Below, piece by piece: positions 1 to 12,900 of a DNA stretch of 64,000 nucleotides; position 1 is the first letter of the stretch, and each line of letters opens with the position of its first letter. A program made the translations under genes and the position numbers. The stretch comes from Scyliorhinus canicula (taxonomy: Eukaryota): the NCBI RefSeq assembly GCF_902713615.1, contig NW_024055453.1:124001-188000 (forward strand). The letters are read 5' to 3'. The notes under the pieces were generated by a model. The model saw only the letters and a list, made by a program, of their open reading frames with translations. It did not search any database and was not told the origin of the DNA.

Positions 1-540
1 TCCTGATCTACGGATACCTGGTGAGGAGGGGGGCGGGGAAGGCGGAGAACCTCCTTGTGAACCTGCTCCTGGGCCTGGCCAAACTTGCCATTAATAGGTC
101 CAAGCAGTGGGCGACTAAGGGGGTCATCCGACCTGACTGTTTGCCCCTCTTCCGCAGCCTTGTTCGCGGCCGGGTGACCCTAGAGTGTGCGGTGTCCACG
201 GGCTCACTCACTCGAGGCCTTCCGTGCTTGGTGGGAGCCGCAGGGTGTCCCTGGAGCATGCGGTGTCCATGGGCACATTCAAGGCCTTCCGTGCTCGGTG
301 GGAGCCGCAGGGTGTCCCTGGAGCGTGCGGTGTCCACGGGCACACTCGAGGCCTTCCGTGCTCAGTGGGAGCCGCAGGGGTTGGGCTGCCTTATAGACCC
401 TGATTTTCACACTTTGATTTGATGGGTTTTGTTAAGTTTCTGTTTCCTTTCCAGTTCCTTTTGGGCTGTGCTCCATTTGTTGTTTGGGAACAGCCCCCTT
501 TGTTTTGTCCATCTGTTAATGTTTGTTCCTTTACTTAGTT
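1..540 (+). mobile_element. 3' end of a Tx1/L1-clade LINE (ORF2 C-terminus plus T-rich 3' UTR)
   Basis: ORF 21-422 has LLVNLLLGLAKLAINRSK...FRSLVRGRVTLE...AFRAQW, resembling the Tx1-type ORF2 C-terminus, followed by a T-rich tail. Confidence 0.6.
172..376 (+). repeat. Three tandem copies of a ~67-bp unit inside the Tx1-like ORF end
   Basis: gggtgtccctggagc..gcggtgtcca.gggcaca.tcgaggccttccgtgct..gtgggagccgca at 172, 243 and 310. Confidence 0.9.
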
Positions 541-1418
541 TTCACACCGTGTATCACGCCAGACTAAGTGGCGGATGCAGAATATACTCCTGCTGTGGGG
601 AGATAAACATCGCAGGTCATCACTCACAAAACTCAAAACACAAAATAAAAAAGTTATAATTATCTGCCTTTATCATATGACAGTCGTTAAACCTTATAAA
701 ACCACAGGGTCTCAGACAATAACAGTGGAGATGGGGCCCAGAGGATAACCAGCAAAGGATTCACTCACTTTGAGAGTAACCAACACAGTGTCTGTTACAA
801 TAATAAGTCAGACACAGCCGGTTCTGTCCGGGAATGGAGACTCTGAACAGAAATAACCGGTTCATTTGTAAATGTCACCGCAAAGTGATCTGTGTGACTC
901 TGCCCTGACTCTGTGGACAGATATAGGCCGCACTGACAGATGTTCTCACCAGATTGTGGTCCCTGGATTTATTTTCTGCTCAGAAGTGAGATGTGCGGTT
1001 TGGAACCAGCAGCAGAGAAACAGGAAGTTGTGTTACCTGAGAATGAAACAGCAGGCGTCAGTTTCATGTTATCACCGTGAACAGTCTTCCTGCCTGTGAG
1101 GGTGAACTCACTCTGACAGCATCAAGAACACCCACACAGATTGCTGCCGGCCTCAGCATTACATTCACCTCCATTCCAATTTTAAACATCAAAATATGAG
1201 GTTATTTAGATTTTTAACACTTTCACTGAACTGGAAGATGGACTGAGGAAATCATTGGGAGAAATGAGGGGACATCACAGAAACTTAAATTTTCCTCAAA
1301 GAGGGTTATTAGAAAATAGGCGATTAAAAGTGAGTCAGGGCCAATCAGGGAGAGAGAGAAAGTGAGAGAAAGGATTGAGTCTCCAGAAATGAGATGTTCA
1401 CTCAGAAAGCAGAGAGGA

Positions 1419-1652
1419 GGGCAGCACGGTGGCTCAGTGGGTTAGCACTGCAGTCTCACGGCGCTGAGGTCCCAGGTTCGATCCCGGCTCTGGGTCACTG
1501 TTCGTGTGGAGTTTGCACATTCTCCCCGTGTTTGCATAGGTTTTGCCCCCACAACCCAAAAGATGTGCAAGGTGGGTGGATTGAACACGCTAAATTGCCC
1601 CTTAATTGGAAAAAATTAATTGGGTACTCTAAAATTTAAAAAAGAAAAAAAA
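1419..1652 (+). mobile_element. Short tRNA-headed SINE (HE1/V-SINE-like) with A-rich tail
   Basis: gggcagcacggtggctcagtgg head, B-box ggttcgatccc, tail aattgccccttaattggaaaaaa..gggtactctaaa; imperfect TSD agaaagcagagagg/agaaagcgcagagg. Confidence 0.85.
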
Positions 1653-2812
1653 GAAAGCGCAGAGGTTCAGTGTGTTCTTCAGAGAGAGATAATGAGAGAG
1701 AGAAAAGTTTAGTGAATTTAGGCGCTCTGTGAAATAGAAAGGTTAAAGGAGAGAGTGTCAGAGAGAAAGATAGAGAGAGGTGGGAGGTATGTGGAATGAG
1801 TGAGTGTGAGAGTGGAGAGAAGTGAGAAACTGAGAGAGAAGGGAGATGCCTAGTGAATGAGAGACAGGAGAGCAGGTTCACATACCCGAGGATCACTGAG
1901 AATGATCAGAATAAGGAGATCACCCAGAAAACGGCCAATAGGAATCTTCAGCTGAGCACATCACTCATTCTTAAAGGAATAGTCGGGGCTCTGACACTGC
2001 TCAGCTCCCAGTTAAAGGGGCAGACACAGCTCCGCCCTTTTCTCTGTTATTTTTCTGATTGTTAAAGGCCCGTAGGGGTTAGGTTTATTTAAAAGGACAG
2101 AATGTGGGAAGCACACATCAATAAAACTGGGCATTCTTGGACACAGATTGCAGCTCCTTCTTTATCCAGGAATGAAACTGTTGTCTAATTGTCCCAGCAG
2201 TTAACAGCTGCTATTTTAACGCAGACTTGTTGTAAAGGAGCTTCTGTTCCGTGTCTAGGGGTTCTGAGATATGGAAGAGAGCGGCTGGACCACATTTCTT
2301 AGATGCCTCAGGATTAACCCACATGGGGACTTTGCTGTCAGTGAAGAGAGATGAGAAAGACCCAAGTGTTGTTTGTCCCTCTCAGTGTGACCCTGAAGGA
2401 CTGTGTCCAGGCTGAAGTTCTGTTCCTGCCGTGTGATCCTCCCCCAGATTGTCCTTTCTGAGCTCCAGACAGGTGATGTTCAGTTCGGAAAGACAAAAAT
2501 CTGCAACAACGTTTCAAACACATTTATTCAGAATAATAAACCTCATCAGCAGATTAAGACTGTCAGAGTGAACATTACTCAGTCCTGTACATGAGTAACA
2601 GCATCAATAAGGGTATAATCTAAACCTTGTGGTTTCTTGTGAACTCGCTGGTGTGTTAGCAGGTGGGATGACTGAGTAAATCCCTTCCCACAGACATTAC
2701 AGTTGAATAGCCGCTCCCCAGTGTGAATGCGATGGTGTTTCAGAAGATAAGATAAATGAGAAAATTCCTTCCCACATTTGGAGCAAGTGAACGGCCTCTC
2801 CCCACTGTGAAC

Positions 2813-3643
2813 TCACTGGTGTGTCAGCAGGTTGGATGACTGACTGAATCCCTTCCCACACACTGAGCAAGTGAACGGCCTCCCCTCATTGTGAACCTGC
2901 TGATGTGTCAGAAGATTGTATGAACGTGTGAATCCCTTCCCACATTCAGGACAGGTGAACGGTCTATCCCCTGTATGAAGTTGCTGGTGTATCAGAAGGT
3001 TGGATGAATTAATGAATCCTTTCCCACAGTCAGAGCAGCTGAATGGCCTCTCCCCAGTGTGAATTCTCTGGTGGTTCAGTAGGGCAGATGGACGGCTGAA
3101 TCCTTTCCCACACACCGAGCAGGTGAATGGCCTCTCCCCAGTGTGAGCATATTGGTGTGTTAGTAAATCCTTTTTGTTTTTAAAGCTCTTCTCACAGTCA
3201 GGACAGTTAAAAAATTTGTTATCAGAATGAACAAGTTGATGTGTCTGCAGGTGGGATGACTGAATGAATCCTTTCCCACACACGAAGCAGGAGAACGGTC
3301 TCTCTCCAGTGTGAATACGTTGATGTGTCAGCAGATCCTTTTTACATTTAAAACTCTTCTCACAGTCAGGACATGTAAATGGTCTCTTATCAGTGTGAAC
3401 AAGCTGATGAGTCACACTGTGGGATGACCGAGTAAATCCCTTCCCACACACAGGGCAGGTGAATGGTCTCTCCTCAGTGTGAACTCGCTGGTGTGTCAGA
3501 AGGTTGTATGAATGGGTGAATCCCTTCCCACAAATGGAGCAGATGAACTGTCTCTCACCAGTGTGACTGCGATGATGAACTTCCAGTTGTGATGGGTAAC
3601 TGAATCCCTTCCCACAATCCGCACATTTCCAAGGTTTCTCCAT
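2813..3643 (-). CDS. C2H2 zinc-finger protein, 9 complete fingers, cut by an in-frame TGA in finger 10
   Basis: MEKPWKC start (ATG 3643), TGERP linkers; frame continues past the TGA at 2813-2815 with two more fingers to 2579; AATAAA at 2523-2528 (-). Confidence 0.85.
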   Translation of the reverse strand: MEKPWKCADCGKGFSYPSQLEVHHRSHTGERQFICSICGKGFTHSYNLLTHQRVHTEERPFTCPVCGKGFTRSSHSVTHQLVHTDKRPFTCPDCEKSFKCKKDLLTHQRIHTGERPFSCFVCGKGFIQSSHLQTHQLVHSDNKFFNCPDCEKSFKNKKDLLTHQYAHTGERPFTCSVCGKGFSRPSALLNHQRIHTGERPFSCSDCGKGFINSSNLLIHQQLHTGDRPFTCPECGKGFTRSYNLLTHQQVHNEGRPFTCSVCGKGFSQSSNLLTHQ

Positions 3644-4299
3644 GGTGAGCGTGTCCTTATGTCTCTCCCACTTAAAGCCTTGTCGACACACGCAGCAGGA
3701 GTATAGTTTCTCCCTGCTGTGAATGGTGTGATTTTCTTTTAGGCTGTGTAACTAGTTCAAGCTCTTTCCACAGTCAGTGCAATGAAACACTCTCATTCGA
3801 GTGTGTGTGTGTCTCGGTGCTTTTCCAGTCACACTGATCTTTGACATTTTTTTCCTTAAACGGAAGAGACAAATATTTCTCCTTCCAGTTTCAAAGACTG
3901 ATGATATTCAGCTCCTGATTAATCGAGTGGCTGTCAGATATCGATGTGATATTTGGTTCTGTCGGCCAATCCTCCACTTCCAATATCCTGTAAAAGGACT
4001 TTACAAAAGTCATCACTGTCAGTCCAGGATAGAAATTCTGAACAGACAATTCTAGTTTTCTCTGGAACATCTTTTCCTCTCTTGTTCCTCCAAAGCTGTA
4101 AATCCCCGTCCCACACACTCTCCCTCCTCCCTGGGCTGAAATCCAAACCTATCTCACTATCTGCATCATTTCTTTCCTCCACTCCCAGTTTTCTCACTCC
4201 CTCTCTTCTGCCTGGGTTCAGTTCTCCAGCTCCTGTCTGCAGACTGACAATAAAACCAATGGGTCTTATTGGGGGGTTTGGGTTCTCACCATTGTCCCC

Positions 4300-4740
4300 G
4301 CTCGCGGCGGCTCTCATTCAGCTTTTGGGAGCCGCACTCACTCTCACTGCGGCTGCGCTCAGGCCGGAGCTGCACCGCGCATGCTCCGCACAGAGAGGAG
4401 ACTTCCGGGGGCGGGGCAACTGGCGCCTGCGCGTTCTGACTCCTGAGATGGAGATAGGGTGTATTCGATCACGCCGGGCATTCCGGGTAGCATTATCCGC
4501 CATTATTCCATTTTGTTCCTCAGGGTGATAAATTGGTTCCAGCACTTTTGATTACGTTCGTTGTTTGTACCGCATGTGCCAGCCGCATCGGTGTTTTTCT
4601 CTCTGATCGGCCCCTGTTAACGGCTGTCATCTGTTTCGTGGGCGATATGCCGCAGGGCGCCTGCGCGGCCGCCATCTTTCTCAGCGGAAATGTGCAGCAA
4701 GGCGCATGCGCGGGCATCCATGAACCGGAAGCCGGAGGAG
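4300..4740. promoter_or_regulatory. CpG-island promoter, probably bidirectional
   Basis: CpG-rich; GCGCATGC (NRF1-like), CCGGAAG (ETS), GGGGCGGGG (Sp), GCCGCCATCTT (YY1), GCATTCCGGGTAG (ZNF143-like). Confidence 0.7.
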
Positions 4741-4744
4741 AGAA

Positions 4745-4950
4745 TCTTGTTAATTTCTCTCCTGGACTGAGAGTGAAATTCCTTTAGAAACAGGAGGATT
4801 TGCCAACGGGAACTTCAAACCAAACATCACATCATCATCATCTGATTGAGTTACTCGATTCATCAGGACCTGAATATCATTGGGAGGTAAAATGGTTTGT
4901 CTGTTCTGTCTGAGGACAAAGATTTCAGATATCAGAGTGACTGGAAAACT
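4745..4950 (+). pseudogene. Remnant of a divergently oriented ZNF last exon (acceptor module plus dead finger)
   Basis: aatttctctcctggactgagagtga..., caaaccaaacatcacatc, tttgtctgttctgtc..., gtgactggaaaa match the 5' part of the other ZNF exons. Confidence 0.6.
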
Positions 4951-5224
4951 TTTAATGACCATTCCAGGTTAAATTTGAGACTAATTACACCGATCACATT
5001 GGGGAAGTTAAATAATCTGCTGTTGTACTCTTATGTGTGAAGCTACATTTTAAAATTGCCACATTAGCATACTTGGCAGCTAAACTGGGCAAACTGCTGA
5101 CCTTGTTAGTAGTGAGAGTTACTATCCCGGATTTTATCAAAATTTATTGTTCCTGTTGCATTTCATTCAGCTCATTGTGGCTACAAAGTAGGTATTCAGC
5201 CTAATCTCAATTTCCAGATTGTGA

Positions 5225-5455
5225 GGGCAGCATGATGGCACAGTGGGTTAGACCTGCTGCCTCACGGTGCCGAAGTCGCAGGTTTGATCCTGGCTCTGGC
5301 TCACTGTTCGTATGGAGTTTGCACATTCTACCCATGTTTGCGTGGGCTTTTCCCCCACCACCCAAAGATGTGCAGGCTGGGTGGATTGGCCATACTAAAT
5401 TGACACTTAATTGGAAAAAAAATTGGGTACTCTGAATGTATATTAAAAAAAATAA
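5225..5455 (+). mobile_element. Short HE1-like SINE, A-tailed type
   Basis: Same head and tail as 1419-1652. Confidence 0.8.
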
Positions 5456-5694
5456 AATTCCAGATTATGGTCTGTAGCTTTTTAAGTTACATCAATTCAA
5501 ATGTCTTACCAAATTACTTTTTAAATATTACGAGGCTTTCTGCCATAATTTCAGGCAGCATATCACAGATCCTCACCACCCTCTAAACATCCTAGTCCTT
5601 CCCTTAATCTCTGCCCCCTTTTATATGTAGCCCTCAATCAAAGAGAATAGGACCTTCCTATCCAATCTATTTCAATTCCTCAGAATTTAAAAAA

Positions 5695-5890
5695 TATATA
5701 AATTTATGTTTTTTTCCAATCAAGGGGCAATTTAATTTGGCCAAGCCACCTAACCTGCATGTATTTGGGTGTGGGGGTGAAACTCACACAGACAATGGGA
5801 GAATGTGCAAACTCCTTGTAGACTGTGACCCGGGGCCAGGATGAAACCCGGATCCCCATCACACAGGCACACAGCCACTGTACCACCATG
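5695..5890 (-). mobile_element. Short HE1-like SINE, A-tailed type
   Basis: Reverse complement of the 1419 type, diverged. Confidence 0.7.
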
Positions 5891-5917
5891 ATCCCCCAGA
5901 ATTTTATACATTTAGAA

Positions 5918-6190
5918 TAATCTTCATTATTGTCACAAGTAGGCTTACCTTACTTTAACATTGCAATTGAGTCACTGTGAAAATCCCCTGGTAGTAACAC
6001 TTATTCAGGTACAGAAGGAGAATTCAGAATGTCCAATTCCCCTAACAAGCACGTCTTTCGGGACTTGTGGGAGGAAACCCATACAGACACTGGGAGAACG
6101 TGAAGACTCTGCGCAGATAGTGTCCCAAGTAGGAATTGAACCCGGGACCCTGGCGCTGTGATGCAGCAGTGCTAACCACTGTGCCACCCA
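5918..6190 (-). mobile_element. HE1-headed SINE with ...cttgtgacaataa tail
   Basis: ttattgtcacaagtaggcttac...gaattcagaatgtcc...gctaaccactgtgccacc. Confidence 0.8.
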
Positions 6191-6233
6191 TAAAACAGTT
6201 CAGCTCAATCTTCTCAGATTAAAGAAGCTGAAG

Positions 6234-6306
6234 CGCCCAACGTGGGTCTTGCACCCACGGCCCTGGGATTAAGACTCCCATGCTCTACCGACTGAGCTAG
6301 CCGGGC
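6234..6306 (-). tRNA. tRNA-Lys(CTT), probably a pseudogene
   Basis: Reverse complement GCCCGGCTAGCTCAGTCGGTAGAGCATGGGAGTCTTAATCCCAGGGCCGTGGGTGCAAGACCCACGTTGGGCG; T-loop/B-box GTTCGAGC changed to GTGCAAGA, position 32 C>G. Confidence 0.85.
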
Positions 6307-7214
6307 TGCTTTTCATAATTTCATTTTTGTCTCCCCTCAGTCTTTTCTGTTCCAAAAAAAACAGCCTCAGTTTATCCAAACTTTCCTCAGAGCAAACATT
6401 GTCAATTTCTGGCTGATGTTGTTAAATCTCCTCTGTACTCTCTTTAGTGCAGTCTTCCTGTGCAGAGGAATCTAGCTCTGGCCTAACTAGTCCTGTCCTG
6501 CCATTTATCATGTAATCCTTTGCCTTGTTTCCCCTCCAGCTTTCTTCCTCACTATCAAGTGTTTAATCATTTTTGTGTCACATGTAAACTTGTTATTCAT
6601 GTTCCTACATTTACTTTCAAATCAATGATGTAACCAGGAGTGAAGGGCCCAGTACTGATTCCTTCGAAACCGGCACTGGAAACAGCCCTTTGATTTTCTC
6701 TCTTCTTTATGGGATGTGAGTGTCACTGGCAGCCCAGCTTGGTTGCCCATTCCTAATTGCCCTTAAATTGAGTGGCTTGCTAGACAATTTCAGAGTGCAA
6801 TTCAGAATTAACCAGTTGAGTTGGCCAGATCAGGTAATACCGGTGCCGACTCGATGGGCTGAATGGTCCCCTTCTGCACTGCAGATTCTGTGACTAATTC
6901 CGACCTAGGGTCACTTTTGGAGTTTGTACATTCTTCCTGTCTATACATTGATTTCCTCCGGATGCACTGGTTTCCTCCTGCAGTCCACAGATGTGCCGGT
7001 TAGATGGATTGGCTGTGTTAAATTGTCACTGGAGGGGTTGTGGGGATAGGGTGGGGAATTCGCCAAGGTAGGATGCTCTTTCAGAGGGTTGTTGCAGACT
7101 CGATGGGCTAAATGGCCTCCTTCTGCATTGAGGGTATTCCATGATTCTACATTTGATCCAATGATGTGTTCACTCACACACACTGCAGCCTGACTCTTAT
7201 TAAGGGAACAGACA

Positions 7215-7500
7215 CTGTTTGTTACTCTCAAAGTGAGTGAATCCTTTGCTGTTTCCCCTCTGGGCCCCATCTCCACTATTATTGTCTGATTGTCCCACTG
7301 AGACTCTCACTTATTATTGGACAATCAGCGAGTCAGCCTGAGCCTGTGACCGCTCTCACCATCTGGTACCGTCACAATGCCCAGGTGATTGATGGCAGCT
7401 CACGACCAATAGGAAGAGGAGGGGTGGGACTGGAGGACTGACCTGGAGCTGCTGGTCCTCCAAGCAATTGGAGTGAATGAGGGGCGGGGTCCTCGAACAG
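7215..7500 (+). promoter_or_regulatory. ZNF promoter cassette type 1 (CCAAT, GGAGGAC/GTCCTCC inverted repeat, CAAT, GC box)
   Basis: Close match to 49730-50010; upstream of the + strand ZNF at 8910. Confidence 0.65.
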
Positions 7501-8169
7501 GCGCCGGAATGTGGCAACTAGGGGCTTTTCACAGTAACTTCATTAAAGCCTATTTGTGACAATAAGCGATTATTATTATTATTGTGCATTGCGAGCCTGG
7601 ACCGGATGCCAACTCTCCCGGATTGACTGACTGGAGTAACCAGGATTTTATTTGAATAATTTGTGGGTGTCACTGGCTGGGCCAACATTTATTACCCATC
7701 CCTGTGGATCTGGAGTCACATGTAGGCCAGACCAGGTAAGGATAAAATATTTCCTTCACTGAAGGACATGAGTGAACCAGATGGGTCTTTGCAACAATCA
7801 GCAATGGTTTCATGGTCATCAGTAAACTTTCAATGAATTCAAATTTTACCTTCTGCCTTGGTGAGATTCATACCTGGGTGTCGAGAAAATCATTGGGACA
7901 GTAAAAATTATTTGTGTGACTCTGGGACATGATTAGGACAGTAAAAATATTAATTGTAGGTCTCTGGAAAATCATTAGGACAGTAAAAAGGATGCTGTTT
8001 TGTAAGCTGTATGTTTTGAGATGACCTGAGGTTATGAGAATGTTGAAATCCTTCATTTAAAATGGGTAAAACTGGGGCTTAATATTTATCCTAAATAGCT
8101 ATCTTTTACCTATTAGGAGTGTTAGGAAATAGGTGACTTCTACACCCGAGCTTTATAAAGATTCACAGG

Positions 8170-8512
8170 ATAGAATTAGAACCATAGAATTCCTATAGTG
8201 CAGAAGGAGGCCATTCAGCCCATCGAGTCTGCACTGATTCTCTGAAAGGGCACCCTGCCTAGGCCCACACCCCTACCCTGTCCCTGTAACCCCATAGCCC
8301 CACCTAACCTACACATCCCTGGACACTAAGGGGCAATTTATCAAGGCCAATCCACCTAACTTGCCCTTCTTTGGGATGTTGGAGGAAACCTGAGCACCGG
8401 ATGTAAACCCACGCAGACACGGGGAGAAAATGCAAACTCCACACAGTCACCAAGGCCGGAATTGAACCCGGTCCCTGGCACTGTGAAGCAGCAGTGCTAA
8501 CCACCGTGCCAC
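8170..8512 (-). mobile_element. HE1-type SINE with CR1-like tail
   Basis: catagaattcc...tgcagaaggaggccattcagcccatcgagtc...gctaaccaccgtgccacc. Confidence 0.8.
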
Positions 8513-8909
8513 CAGGGGCATAGTTTCCTGTCAATATTACTCTTGATGAAGCTCAGATCGAATTTGCTTTGCGAACTACTCTCTTAATATGTCTTGTAGA
8601 TATACAAAATCCCTCTTCACCTCTTTCTCTCTCCTCCCAAAGAGGTCAGTTGGGTTTTTGTGACAATCCAGCAGTTTTCTTGGTCACTTTTTCCCAGTGT
8701 CGGCCCCACAAATGACCAGATTCATTCAGCTCAATTTCACAACCTGCCTTTGTGTTTTTGTGGGTTCTCTCTCACTCTCTAATTTTTCTTTTTAATCAGT
8801 TTCACAGGGTGTTCGAAGGGGAGGCTTCAAAGTCCGAAAACTCAAATCAAGCATCACATCAGGATCTGACAGATTCCTCAATTTATCATTTCCTGAATAT
8901 CAGCAGATT

Positions 8910-9756
<847 letters not shown>

Positions 9757-9924
9757 CCATAATGATTGGGTTTTGCTGTTCCTCACATTCAGGACTGAAC
9801 CATGTTCATTTAGGTCTCTTTCTGCTGATAACAATTCCAGCCCATTTACAGGGACTAATATTCTGGCTAAAAGTCAAATAAATTAGATTTGTGTTAAATA
9901 CGCAGTGTGTTGAAACTTTGTTTT

Positions 9925-12900
9925 TGAACAAACAATTTTAATGAGGTATTTTCCGGCATTGTAAACAGTAGAATTACAGAACATGAAAACAAAAGGACTG
10001 TACAGTAAACAAAGTACATAGTGCAATTGCCGTAGCCCACCCCACCCGGATCTGCCTAAATGACCCCCGATACCACATTCCCCTGCCCCCCCCCCCCTCC
10101 CCCCCCCGCCCCGCTGACGATTAAATCTCCCCAAAGAAGTCAATAAGCAGCTGCCACCCCCTCCGGGTGAACCCTACCAACGACCCTCTCAAGGCGAACT
10201 TGACTTTCTCCAAGCCAAGGAAACTCACCATGTCTGACAGCCAGGCTTCCGACTTCGGGGGCTTTGAGTCCCCTCCAAGCTAGAAGTATCCGTCTCCGGG
10301 CTACCAGGGAAGCAAAGGCCAAAACGTGGGCCTCTTTCTCCCCCTGGACTTCCAGGGCCACTGAAACCCCAAAAATCGCCACCTCTGGACTCATTGCCAC
10401 CCCTCGTGTTCAATACTCTGGACATGACGCCCTCGAATCCCTGCCAGTATCTCCTCAGTTTTGGACATGCCCAAAACATGTGGACATGGTCCTGCCGGTC
10501 CTCTCAGACACTTTATATATCTGTCCTCCACGCCGAAGAATCTGCTCATCTGGGACACTATCATGTGGACCCGGTGGATGACCTTAAATTGAATCAAGCC
10601 AGGCCTGGCACATGTTGCAGTCCAATTAACCCTGCTCAGCGCGTCGGCCCACAGGCCTTCCTCAATTTCCCCTCCTAACAACCTCCCATTTATGCCTCAG
10701 CTCCTCGGTCTGCGTCTCCTCTGTCCCCATGAGCTTCTTGTAAAATATCCGAGACACTTCCCTCCCCCAACCATCCTCTCGACACAACTCTATCTTGGAT
10801 CCCCCTCAGTGGCACAAGTGGAAAAGATAGCACCTGCCTGCGCCCCCAGACTGGTACCCCTAGCCCTACATGAGGTTGCCTCCACCCGCTCCCAAGCTGA
10901 CCCTCCTCCCACCACCCACATTCCTTATCATGGCTACGTGAGTCGCCCAATAATAGTTGCTGAAATTCGGCAGTGCAAGCCCCCCTTCCCTCTGGTTCCG
11001 CTCGAGCATCACCCTCTTCACTCGCAGGGACTTGCCCGCCCACACAAAGCCCAAAATGATCTTGCTTACCCTCTTAAAAAAGGAACGTGGAATGAAAATG
11101 GGGAGACACGAACACGAATAAGAACCTCGGGAGGACCATCATTTTAACTGTCTGAACTCTCCCAGCTAACGACAGCGGGAGCGCATCCCACCTCCGGAAC
11201 TCCCCTCGCATTTGATCTACCAGCCAGGACAGGTTCAGCTTGTGCAGTCGACCCCAATCCCGCGCCACTTGTATTCCCAGGTACCTGAAACTTTCCCAAC
11301 TAACCGGAACAGCAGCTCCTTCAGCCGGTCCCCTTGGCCCCTCTGCTGAACTACAAATATTTCACTTTTGTCATATTCAATTTGTACCCCCGAAAACCGG
11401 CTGAATTCCCCCAGGTCGCCTGATTCCGTCCATCCCGCACCATCGGGTCCGAAACGTACAAGAGCAGGTCATCCGCGTACAATGAAACTCTGCTCCTCCT
11501 CCCCCCCCCCCCCCCCCTCGAACCAGCCCCTTCCAACCCTCTGAAGCCCTCAGAGCAATTGCCAGCGGCTCTATAGCGCAAACAGCAGTTTTAAATAGTC
11601 ACAAGTCGTCCTGTTTGTCCTCACACTCGCCTCTGGGGCCTGATATAGCAGCCTGACCCAGTCGATGAAACCCACCCCAAATCCAAACCGTCCCAGCACC
11701 TCCCATAAATAGTCCCACTCTGACCGGTCAAATGCCTTCTCCGCATCCATTGCCACCACTACCTCCACCTCCTTTCCCACTGGGGACATCACGATCACAT
11801 TGAGCAATCTTCTTATATTCGCCCCCAGTTGCCTACCTTTAACAAACCCGTTTGATCCTCCCTAATAACACTTGGCACACAATCCTCAATCCTGGTGGCC
11901 AAAAGCTTTGCCAGCAGTTTAGTGCCCACGTTAAGAAGGGAGATTGGCCTATAAGACCCACACAACTCTGGGTTCTTGTCCCGTTTTAAAATCAAGGAGA
12001 TGGTGGCCTGCGACATTGTCTGGGGCAGCACCCCTCTGTCCCTTGCCTCATTAAAAAACTTGACCAGCAGCGGCCCCAATATCCTGGAGAACCTTTTATA
12101 AATTTCTACCGGGTACCCATCCGGCCCCGGGGCCTTACCTGACTGTATGGCCTTTAAGTCCTCAAATATCTCCTCAGCTCCGATCGGGGCGCCCAGCCCT
12201 TCTACTAGCTCCTTACCCACTTTTGGGAATGTCAGGCCATCTAAGAAGCGTCTCATCCTCTTTGGCCCTGCGGGGGGCTCCGAGCTATAGAGTTTGCTAT
12301 AAAAGTCCTTGAAAGCCCTGTTTACACCCGCCGCATCCCCCACCAAGTTACTGCCTCCATCCACCACTTTACCTATTGCCCTCGCCACCTCCCTCTTTCT
12401 GAGCTACTAGGCCAGCATCCTGCTGGCTTTCTCTCCATGTTCATATACCGTACCCCTCACCTTTCTGAGCTGCTGGGCCAGCATCCTGCTGCCTTTCTCT
12501 CCATGTTCATATACTGCACCCCTTGCCTTTCTGAGCTGCTCCCCTGCCTTACCCGTGGACACCACCCCAAACTCCGGCTGCAGCCTCCTCTGTTCCCTCC
12601 AGAGCTCCGCACTCGGTGTCCCCGCATACCTCCCGTCAATCTGCAGGATCTCCGCTAACAGTCGGTCCGTCTCTGCCCTGTCCGTCTTGTCCCTGTGAGC
12701 CCGGATTGAAATCAGCTCCCCTCTCACCACTGCCTTGAGCACCTCCCACACCACCGCTGCTGAGACTTACCCCGTATCGTTGACCTGCAGGTAGTTTTGT
12801 ATACACTTCCTCACCCTCTCGCACACCCCTTCGCCAGCAATCCCACATCCAGCCTCCACTGCGACGCTGGAACCTCTCTCCACTCACCTGCAGCTCGACC

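Noticed and set aside
172-376. Regular repeats as a CRISPR-like array
   Set aside because: Head-to-tail units with no unique spacers, inside a LINE ORF in a vertebrate genome.
1394-1639. Recurrent short ORFs such as ..LGHCLCGVCTFSP.. and MAQWLALL..
   Set aside because: Translations of SINE sequence, not genes.
1890-1970. Possible signal-peptide exon on the minus strand (MSDVLS*RFLLAVFWVISLF*SFSVIL, then gtatgt)
   Set aside because: Two in-frame stops and no convincing downstream exon.
3815-3840. Shared TGA-CTG in the dead finger as a readthrough or selenocysteine codon
   Set aside because: The surrounding frame has further stops and indels in the paralogs checked, and no SECIS is evident.
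3985-4060. Conserved intronic ..ctggactgacagtgatgac.. as a C/D-box snoRNA
   Set aside because: CTGA precedes TGATGA (wrong order) and there is no terminal stem; CTGAC about 35 nt before the AG fits a branch point.
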